Positions 50,135 through 59,500 of a DNA stretch of 64,000 nucleotides are shown here, piece by piece. A program made the translations under genes and the position numbers. Source of the DNA: Bacteroidota bacterium (lineage in GTDB: Bacteria > Bacteroidota > Bacteroidia > SXHM01). Position 1 is the stretch's first letter. Every line of letters begins with the position of its first letter. The notes beneath the pieces are model-generated. The model was given only the letters and a program-made list of their open reading frames with translations. It was not told where the DNA came from and ran no database searches. The stretch spans positions 991-64,990 of the forward strand of contig CANJWH010000010.1 in assembly GCA_947478465.1 (NCBI GenBank), in the 5' to 3' direction.

Positions 50135-51817
50135 TCATTGCCTTGCAGTTTTAATACGAAAACAAGTCAAACACCAAGTATTACCATGCTTTATTGAAAC
50201 AGGTGTTGCCCACCATTGATGACCCTCTTTGCATTGCCATAAAAGTTTTGTACTGCTATTTTTATATTCTTTTGATAAGCATAGTCCTTGATTTCTTATG
50301 GCAAGGTGCTGCATTTCCTCTATCGTAAGTTTTTTCAATTTTGAACATTCAGGACACCAACATTTAGCATGAATAATTGATACTGGTGGTGATTGAAATT
50401 GATGGCCCTCTTTACATTCCCAAATAAGTTTAGTGCTAAGGTTTATATACTTTTCTGATAAACATTTCCCACCTCTCAATTTTGCAAGCTCCTGCATTTG
50501 CTCAATTGTCTTCTTTTCAGAACCACTACACTTTAAACACCAACTCTCATTATTTTTTACATTATTAGGAGATGCAAACCATCTGTGTCCTTTTTTGCAT
50601 TCCCATTCTAAATTTCCCTCACTCCCCTTATATTCATTTGAAATAAGCTTTCCTCCTCTTTGTTGAGCAATTCCATTTAACATTGTAATTGCTGAAAAAC
50701 TCTTCTTAAATTCATCAAACGAAATCTCTTCCGGCTTTCTTATAATTTGAACTTCTACTCTCTCCAGCTCTTTTACTATCCACCCGACTAAACCGTCTTT
50801 AATTTTATTAGCAAAGTCTGGAATAAGTATGATTTTAATTCCTTTCTCCCTGCATAATTTTTCTTTTAGACTATCGCGTTTTTGCGCTTCTGATAACGTA
50901 TATTTTTCCGAGTGAAAAAATTTTATCTCTTCAAAGTGCTGAGCACCATTGTACTCAAATGCTAAATTATATTCCTTTGAGTAACCATCTAATTCTAATC
51001 TATTTCCAAGAACTTGTCTTGTTTTTTTGAATTCTGTTTGTAACAAATATTCTAAAATGAATCTGCATTTTTCTTCTGTATAATACCATCTACATTGCGG
51101 ACACCATTGTCCACTGTTCATTATACTTGCTGAAATCATTTCAAATGTATGTCCGTCTGCACATTTCCATTCTAGTTTTGTTCGGCTGTTTACATACGCT
51201 GTTGATAGTAATTCCCCACCTCTCGATTTAGCAATCTCTTGTAACTCTTTAATTGTTGGCTTTGCCTTTCCAGAACATTTTGGACACCATACATTATTGC
51301 CTTTAATATCATGTGCAGTTGCTAAAAAATTATGCCCTTTTTCACATAGCCAAGATAGTTTTTCTTTATTGTGATTATATCTTTCAGATAAACATTGACC
51401 TCCTTTTGTCTTAGCATATTCTTTCATTTCCTCTATGGTCAGTTTTTTTGTTCCACCACATTCGTGACACCAATGTTTAGCATTAATTATTGAACTAGGT
51501 GTTGCAAACCATTCATGCCCTTTATCGCATTGCCAATGAAGAGTTGAATTAATATTCTTATAAGATATTGATAGACATTTCCCCCCTCTTGATTTTGCAA
51601 TTTCTTGCATTTTTTCAAGAGTATATTTTCTTTTTCCTGAGCAATCAGGACACCAATGCCCATATTTTATTGAGTGGTATAAAGCAGTCCATTTGTGCCC
51701 TTTTGCACATTGCCATTCAAGTTTATTATTGCTGTTTTTGAATTCTAATGACAAGCATTTTCCCTCTCGCAGCTTTGCAAGTTCTTGTGCCTTATTAATC
51801 GATAATTCAGATCGCAT
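50135..51817 (-). CDS. Zinc-finger repeat protein (7 x ~61 aa) with central PD-(D/E)xK/Vsr-like endonuclease domain
   Basis: Repeat consensus A..RGG.CLS..Y.N...KL.W.C..GH.W.A....I....WC..C; central EEKCR...LELDGY...AFEYNGAQH...RD..K...C...GI..I.IP. Confidence 0.85.
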   Translation of the reverse strand: MRSELSINKAQELAKLREGKCLSLEFKNSNNKLEWQCAKGHKWTALYHSIKYGHWCPDCSGKRKYTLEKMQEIAKSRGGKCLSISYKNINSTLHWQCDKGHEWFATPSSIINAKHWCHECGGTKKLTIEEMKEYAKTKGGQCLSERYNHNKEKLSWLCEKGHNFLATAHDIKGNNVWCPKCSGKAKPTIKELQEIAKSRGGELLSTAYVNSRTKLEWKCADGHTFEMISASIMNSGQWCPQCRWYYTEEKCRFILEYLLQTEFKKTRQVLGNRLELDGYSKEYNLAFEYNGAQHFEEIKFFHSEKYTLSEAQKRDSLKEKLCREKGIKIILIPDFANKIKDGLVGWIVKELERVEVQIIRKPEEISFDEFKKSFSAITMLNGIAQQRGGKLISNEYKGSEGNLEWECKKGHRWFASPNNVKNNESWCLKCSGSEKKTIEQMQELAKLRGGKCLSEKYINLSTKLIWECKEGHQFQSPPVSIIHAKCWCPECSKLKKLTIEEMQHLAIRNQGLCLSKEYKNSSTKLLWQCKEGHQWWATPVSIKHGNTWCLTCFRIKTARQ

Positions 51818-52096
51818 TTTTTTGTTTGATAAAACAAACCTAAAAACTTTCCCGCATCTTCACTAAACGCAATTTCCAATTGCGCTTAGAACACAAGATA
51901 ATTTGCAACTAAGCGAAGCGATCTCACCGAAGGTAATTATCTTTTCAACGTATGTCCATTCCATTTCCAAAACTCCTGCCTTCCTCTGTGCCTCCTCATT
52001 CTAACTCTGTGTAACTTCTCCTCTCCGGTTAAAAAATCCATTTCACATCCCCATTTTCCCTGTCATCCGTGTCCCATTTCCCTTCCCCACACATAA

Positions 52097-52432
52097 AACA
52101 CCCCATTTCACGCAAAGAAACTGCCATTTAATGCTAAACAATTAACATTTTATGTGTATCAATTAACAGTAACTTCTAATCAATTAACGCTTAATTCGTA
52201 AAAATTAATAGTAAATGTGTATCAATTAATAGTAACTTCTAATTTAATAATACTAAATTCTAATCAATTACCACTTCATTCTAATATATTAACAATAAAT
52301 GTGAACAAATTACCACTAACTTCTAATCAATTACCAATTAATGTGTATTAATTAACTATAATTGCTCCTCAATTAACACTTCAAGCTCCGAAATTGAGAG
52401 CGCAGGTAAAATAAATCCCAGCGCAAGTCAAA
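52097..52432. repeat. Non-coding tandem array with 21-bp period (core 12 units, 52139-52390)
   Basis: Units start with (C/A)AATTA-like motifs at 52139, 52160, 52181, 52202, 52223, 52244, 52265, 52286, 52307, 52328, 52349, 52370; degenerate in-phase units on both sides. Confidence 0.88.
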
Positions 52433-52435
52433 AAA

Positions 52436-52473
52436 TCCAGCCTCTAACCTCCAACTTCTAACCTCTAACTTCC
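52436..52473. repeat. Heptamer tandem run (TCYARCY x5)
   Basis: TCCAGCC TCTAACC TCCAACT TCTAACC TCTAACT TCC directly before the HTH start codon. Confidence 0.8.
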
Positions 52474-52478
52474 AAAAA

Positions 52479-52850
52479 ATGGCAAACCGCTCCTACACAT
52501 CCAACCTCTTCTTAAACATAGAACATGTCTGCGCAGTAAGAAACATTGACCGGCCTTTCACCTTCCTGCGCAAGCACGGTTTTACCCACAACACCGCCTC
52601 ACAGCTTGTCAACAATGAAGTAAAAGAAATCAACCTCGCCTACATCGAGAAGCTCTGCCTCATTTTCAATTGCACCCCCAACGATTTATTTGATTACTCC
52701 CCTTCTAAAGACGCTGCACAAACAAACAACAACCCGCTCATTGCAATTATAAAAACCCGGAAGCCCGTAAACTTCAACGAGCTTCTCCGCGACATGCCCC
52801 TCGATCAGCTCAAAGAAATAGAAGAAGAAATTCGTAAGCGGAAAGCCTGA
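52479..52850 (+). CDS. XRE/Cro-C1-type HTH DNA-binding protein
   Basis: FLRKHGFTHNTASQLVNNEVKEINLAYIEKLCLIFNCTPNDLF. Confidence 0.85.
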   Translation: MANRSYTSNLFLNIEHVCAVRNIDRPFTFLRKHGFTHNTASQLVNNEVKEINLAYIEKLCLIFNCTPNDLFDYSPSKDAAQTNNNPLIAIIKTRKPVNFNELLRDMPLDQLKEIEEEIRKRKA

Positions 52851-52890
52851 AAATATAATTTGTAAATTTGCTTCACTAAAACACAAATGC

Positions 52891-53133
52891 ATGAATATTC
52901 AGGTAAGAAAATTAAACTTTATTGAGGAGCTTTTAAGAGTAAGTGATGAGAAAATAATTTCAAAATTAGAAGCGTATCTTAAAGAGGAAAAAAAGAAAAG
53001 TTATGAGAAGGAATTAAAGCCAATGGCTCATAAAGATTTTTATGCAATGATTGACCAGTCGTTAAAAGACAGTAAAGAAGGAAGAGTAACTTCCAATACT
53101 GATTTGAAGAAGAAAATAAAAACGTGGAAATAA
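52891..53133 (+). CDS. Putative type II antitoxin
   Basis: 80 aa, overlaps the downstream RelE/ParE gene; C-terminal IDQSLKDSKEGRV..TDLKKKIKTW pattern typical of addiction-module partners. Confidence 0.72.
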   Translation: MNIQVRKLNFIEELLRVSDEKIISKLEAYLKEEKKKSYEKELKPMAHKDFYAMIDQSLKDSKEGRVTSNTDLKKKIKTWK

Positions 53134-53438
53134 AAATATTCTGGTCTGCACTTGCAGAGGATCAATTAAAAAACATTTTTGATTATTATAAAGAAGTTGC
53201 AGGAGAACGAATAGCTAAACGGATAATAAATCAAATTGCGGAACGGGTTACTATCCTTGAAAAAAATCCCAGAGCTGGGCAAAAAGAAGAATTACTGAAA
53301 GAATACTCGGAAGAATTTCGCTACCTCGTAGAATCAAATTACAAAATCATTTACTGGATCAACAGCAATATCATTACTATTTCATCTGTATTTGATTGCC
53401 AGCAAAATCCGGAAAAAATGAAGGAGTTGAAAAAATAG
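53124..53438 (+). CDS. RelE/ParE-family toxin
   Basis: GTG start; IFWSALAEDQLKNIFDYY, NPRAGQKE, FRYLVESNYKIIY, VFDCQQNP. Confidence 0.88.
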   Translation: MEIKIFWSALAEDQLKNIFDYYKEVAGERIAKRIINQIAERVTILEKNPRAGQKEELLKEYSEEFRYLVESNYKIIYWINSNIITISSVFDCQQNPEKMKELKK

Positions 53439-53475
53439 AGCAGGAAGGAATGCTGCTTATCATGAATTAACAAAC

Positions 53476-53508
53476 AAAAAAGTCCCGCATTGCTACAGGA
53501 CTTTTTTT
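53476..53508. terminator. Bidirectional terminator
   Basis: AAAAAAGTCC...GGACTTTTTTT between convergent genes. Confidence 0.65.
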
Positions 53509-53550
53509 GTGTCTGCCTTCTCGCAAAAAACAGACGCGGGATTGAAAATC

Positions 53551-56500
53551 TTATTGCAGAACCGTTACATTTCCTGTATTGCTAAATCTTCCGTCTTCGT
53601 GTTCCATGCCTTCCCATTGTGTTCCATCCATAAAGGTTGCATCTGCTTTCCAGATATAAGCACCCTGTGGAACAACCACACCATTGTATCTTCCATCCCA
53701 GCTTTCAACAGGTTTGCCATCAATTAACTTACTCGATTCCCAGAGCAGGTTACCCCATTTATCAAATATCATACAGTGGTAAGTTGCTACACCAATACCT
53801 TTTGGCAGGAAGTATCCGAAGTCGCCATCACCACCAACAATCAATGCATTAGGCATAAACAATCCTTTGAAAAGTTCCACTTCAACAGTTTGAGTAATGG
53901 TATCTGAACATCCTGCACCGCTGTAAGCAATCAGTGTTACATCAAACTCACCGTTGTCTGAATAATTGTTTATCGGATCTGTAAGTGTTGATGTTTGTCC
54001 GTCACCAAAATCCCAATCGTACGTTGTTGCACCTGTTGAAAGGTTGGTGAACTGAATTTGTCCGTCAGGGTCAACTACATTGAAATAATCGGAAGTGAAA
54101 TCTGCTACCGGGGTTTGCAACACTGTTACAGCAGAAGTGAGTTCGAGTGTATCGTTACAGATGCCGCCTCCACTTACTACCAATGTTACATCGTATGTTC
54201 CGGGAATTTCATAAGTGTGTGAAGGGTTGCTGAGCATTGAAGTATCACCATCACCAAAGCTCCAGTAGTAGGTAACACCGTCAACTGAATTGTTTGTGAA
54301 GGTCACCGTGTAAGGAGCACAACCTGAGTTTCCGCTCAACGCGAACGATGCAGTAGGTGCAGGATAAACATTGTAAACGTAATCCGAAGTATCTATGCAA
54401 CCACTTGCAGAAGTTGCAGTCAACACAACTGTATAAGTTCCGGTAGTATCAAAACTTGCTTGTCCGTTAGTAGTTGTTGCATTAGTTCCGTTTCCGAAGT
54501 TCCATGAATATGAAACAGCATTTGTTGAAGTATTAGTAAAATCAACTGTTACCGGATAAGTGCAGGAGTAAGTATTTGTAGAAGGCACTGTGAATGCAGC
54601 TACCGGAGGTGCGCTGATTGTTACGGTTACACTGTCCTGAGTTCCTACACAACCAAGTCCATCAGTTACAGTTACTACATACGTTGTAGGTACCGAAGGC
54701 AATACGATGTGCGAAGCTCCGTTTCCAAGACCATTGTTCCAGCTGTAAGTGTACACACCATTACCGCCTGTTGCGGTTGCAGAAATAGTAATACTGTCCC
54801 CTGCACAAACTACGTTTCCGATGCTGTTTATGTCAGCAACCAATTGTGCCGGCTGACCTATTGTAATTGTTTGCGAAGCAGCGCATCCATTTGCATCTGT
54901 AGCTATCACTATGTAAATTCCTGCAGAAAGACCTGTTGCTGTTGAAGTTGTATTATTACTTGGTGTCCAGTCGTAAGAGTAAGGAGTTGTTCCGCCAGTT
55001 ACAAGAACAGTTGCTGTTCCGTTTACTCCACCAAAGCAGGTAGGTTGTGAACTTCCTATTAAAGAAATTGCCATGTTACCCGGAGCAGAGATGGTAACGG
55101 TTGTGCTGTCTGAACATCCTGCGGCATCAGTTACAATAACTGTATGGCTTCCTGAAGTAAGGTTGGTAGCAGTAGCAGTTGTTTGTCCGTTATCCCAAGC
55201 GTAGTGGTAAGTTGGTGTTCCACCCACAACAGCAACAGTTGCAATACCAGTTGCAGAACCACCGCATGCAGGCTGTACAATGTTTGAAATAGTTAAATCA
55301 AGTGCAGCAGGTTCGCTCACAGTAAATGAAAGTTGAAGTGCGCAACCAGTAGAGTCGGTAATATTTACTGAATAGTCACCTGCCAGAAGATTTGTTGCTG
55401 GAACTGTAGTTTGTCCGTTACTCCAAGCATAAGTATATGGAGTATTTCCACCGGCAATGTTAAAGCTGATGCTTCCATTGTTTTCACCATTGCAGGTTAC
55501 ATTGTTTACATCCACATCTCCGGCTGAAAGAACTGCATTTTCGGTAATTACAAAGTTTACAATGGTGATACATTGATTGGCATCACGGATAGTGACAGAG
55601 TGCAATCCGGCCGGCAAATCTGAAACAGTTTGAGTTGTTTGACCATTATCCCAAACGTAGGTATAGCCCGGAATACCACCTGAAACGTTTATAGAAGCCG
55701 ATCCTGTAGCGCCACCTGCACAACCAACATTTACCTGGTTTTCAATAAACGCAGACATTGGTGAAGGCTGTGTGATGACTAAACTTAAAGAAGTATCGCA
55801 ACCACTTGCATCAGTAATCTGAACAGAGTATTCACCTGCGCCAACACCATTCAAATCATGAGTGGTTGCACCGTTAGACCATAAGAAAGTATATGGAGCA
55901 GTTCCGCCAATTACATTAATGAAGCCAGCGCCATTGCTTCCTCCGTTGCAAGTTACATTTAGTATATCAAGAATTGTTGCAGTTAAACTTGGTGGCTCTG
56001 TAATGTCAGCAAAAACAGTTTGTGAGCAACCATTTGCATCAACAACTGTTACCTGATGAATTCCAAATGCAAGACCTGTTGCAGTTTGTGTTGTTTGCCC
56101 GTTGGCCCATGAATAAGTGTAAGGAGCTACTCCACCGGTTACGTTTACTGTTGCAGATCCGTTGGCAACTCCTGCGCAGCTTACAGAAGAAGTATTCTCG
56201 ATAACTGCAGTTAATTGCGTAGGATTAACAACCTGAATAGTGTCAGTTGAAGAACAGCCATTAGCATCTGCTGCAGTTACAATATAAGTTCCTGCGAAAA
56301 GATTAGAAGCAACCGAGCCGGTTTGTCCGTTGCTCCAAAGGTAAGTGTAAGGAGCTGTTCCTCCTGAAGGAGTTGCTGTAGCAACACCGTTTCCGGCACC
56401 AAAGCAACTAACATCTTCACTATTGAAATCAGAAGTTACATCAGCACTTACTGTGAGAGTAATAGGGTTAACAATTCCAGCTTGAGTAGTTGTTGTGCAG

Positions 56501-59500
56501 TTGTTAGCATCTGTAACTGTTACATCATAAATACCCTCGGCAAGATTAGTTGCAGTTGCATTTGTTTGTCCGTTCACCCACAAATAAGTGTAAGGAGCAG
56601 TTCCGCCAGTAACAGAAACTGTAGCACTTCCATTGTTATTTCCATTGCATGAAGGCTGAGTAGTTGATGAAATTGTAGCAACCAGTTGCTCTGGCTCATT
56701 CACCACAATGTTTATAGTAGTATCACAACCCAGAGAATCAGCTAATGTGATTGAATATGTTCCTGCAATTAATCCGGAAATATCTTCTGTTGTAGAACCG
56801 TTACTCCAGGAGTATGAGTAAGGAGCAGTTCCACCGGAAGGTGTGATGTCAATAGCTCCGTCATTTCCTCCATTGCAACTTACATCGCTTACAGCAATAT
56901 TATTAGAAGGAATTGCAAGAGGTTGAGGTTCGCCAACTATAACAGTTAAGATTACATTGCATCCGTTGGTATCTGAAACTGTAACGGTATAAGTTCCGGC
57001 AGCAAGACCTGTTGCTGTAGAACCTGTTTGTGTATTTGACCAAAAGTAGAAATATCCCGGAGTTCCACCAGCGGCCTGAACTGTTGCGCTTCCGTTTGCA
57101 ACACCGTTGCATGAAGGTGTAACAATTGAAACAACATCTGCAGTTAAAACCATAGGATCAACTAGTGTTACAGAAACGGTGGTGTCGCAACCGTTAGCAT
57201 CTGTAGAAGTTACAAAGTATGTTCCGGCAGCTAAGTCGGTTGCAAAATAATCTGTTGAACCGTTAGACCATTGGTAAGTGTATCCGGGGGTTCCGCCATT
57301 TACTAAAACTTCTGCCATACCATCAGCATCGCCTGCGCATGATATGTCCGTTCCGTTATAGTCTGAAGTAACTGTAGCGTATGCAATAAGTGGATTAGGT
57401 TCACCAATAAGTACGTTTGTTGATGCAATGCATCCGTTGTTATCGGTTACACTTACAAAGTAAACACCTGCACTTAGGTTTGTAGCAGTAGATGAAGTTT
57501 GTCCATCACTCCACAAATATTGGTATCCGCTTGCACCTCCGGTAGCGTCAACTGTTGCATAACCATCTGCTAAACCACTGCAGCTTACATTATGTTGGTC
57601 TATTAGATTTACTTCCAACAATTCAGGTTCTGTTAAAGTAATGCTGTCATTAATTGAGCATCCGTTTATATCAGTAATGGTTACATAATATGTTCCTGCA
57701 AAAACAAATACCAGATTTTCGTCAGTTGAAGTAAAACCGTTTGGTCCTGTCCATGCATAATTGTAATCAGCACAATCTGCACCACCACTTAAAGCAAGAT
57801 TGATGCTGCCATTATTAGTATTTGCGCAGTTTATGTTCCAGCCTCCTGCATTTACTGGGCTTGTCAGACTATCAACTGTAAGCGGTGTTGGTTCTGTTAA
57901 TGTAATTGAAGTTGTTGCAGTATTTCCAAGCCCATCTGTAACGGTTACGGAATATGTAGTTGCAGAAAGACCGGTAGCAACTTGTGAAGTTTGTCCGTTG
58001 CTCCATAAGTAAGAATAAGGCATGCATCCACCGGCAGGCAATGCGGTTGCAGTTCCATTATTTCCTCCCGGACAAGTAATATTAAATCCACAGCTAAATG
58101 TATCAGCAACTGCAGAAACTAACAAAGGATTTGCAAGAACAGTTATGTCAAATGAACAGGTTGTTGTATTTCCTGAAGCATCAATTGCTGTGTATGTTAC
58201 AGTTGTTGTTCCAACAGGGAAGCTGTTTCCTGACTGGAAGTTACTGGTCAATGAGGTAACCGCACAGTTGTCAGTAGCAATTGGCGTATTCCATGTAGCA
58301 TAAGGATTGCAATTTGAACTGTCAGGTTGAATTACAATATCAGCAGGACACAAGGTAAATTCAGGTGCAATGTTATCCACTACCGTTATAGTTGAGAAAC
58401 AATTGTCTGAATTTCCATTCACATCCGTAACAGTAAGTGTTACCAGATTTTCGCCAACATTTCCGCAGTTGAAAGATGAAACAGAAATTATCATTGTATC
58501 AATTCCGCATGCATCAGTTGAGCCGTTATCAATTTGTGCAGCGGTGATTGAAATTACTCCATTAGAGTCAAGAGCAACAGTAATATTTTGACAAATTGCA
58601 TTAGGATTGGTTGCATCGACAACTGTAACAGTTGAAGAGCAGGTAGCAACATTTCCGTTGAGGTCAGTAACAGTTAAAGTAACAGTATTAGAGCCAACAT
58701 TTGAGCAGTCAAATGTATTTGGAGAAACTGTCATTGAAGCAATTCCGCATGCGTCTGAAGAACCGTTATCAACCTGTGAAGAAACGATTGAAATATTTCC
58801 TGTTCCGTCTAAATCAATTGTAATATCGCGGCAGATTGCAATTGGATCAACATTATCCTGCACTGTTACAGTTGATATACAGGTTGAAACATTTCCATTA
58901 ACATCAGTCACAGTTAATGTTACAGAATTAGTTCCTATACCAGCGCAAGTAAAGGTGTTAGGGTTCACAGTCATTGTTGCAATTCCGCAGTTGTCAGATG
59001 AACCATTATTTACCTGTGAAGAATCGATTGTTACCTGTCCGTTTGCATCCAACTGAACCGTGATGTCTTGACAAATTGCAATCGGATCTATCTCGTCATT
59101 AATAGTAACTGTTGCTGTGCAAGAAGAAGAGTTTCCGAAAGCGTCTGTAACAGTTAAAGTCACAGTATTTGCACCAACGTTTGAGCAATCAAAATTGGTT
59201 TCACTTACGCTGTATGTTAAGCCATTGTTAGGAGTTGAGCAGTTGTCGAACGAACCATTGTCAACCTCAACAGCAGTAATAACAGCGTTTCCGTTTGCAT
59301 CTAACTGTACTGTTATGTTTTGACAAATAACAGTTGGTGAAACAGTATCGGTAATTGTAACAACAGCATCGCATGAAGAAGAATTTCCGTTAGCATCAGT
59401 TACGGTTAATGTTACTGTGTTGGCTCCGATGTTTGAGCAATCAAAATTAGTTTGACTTGCAGTGTAAATTAAGCCTGAACCTGAATTAGAGCAGTTGTCA

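Noticed and set aside
52097..52432. 21-bp array as a CRISPR array or a coding heptad-repeat gene
   Set aside because: No constant repeat with unique spacers and no cas genes; in-frame stops in the best + frame and in the - frames.
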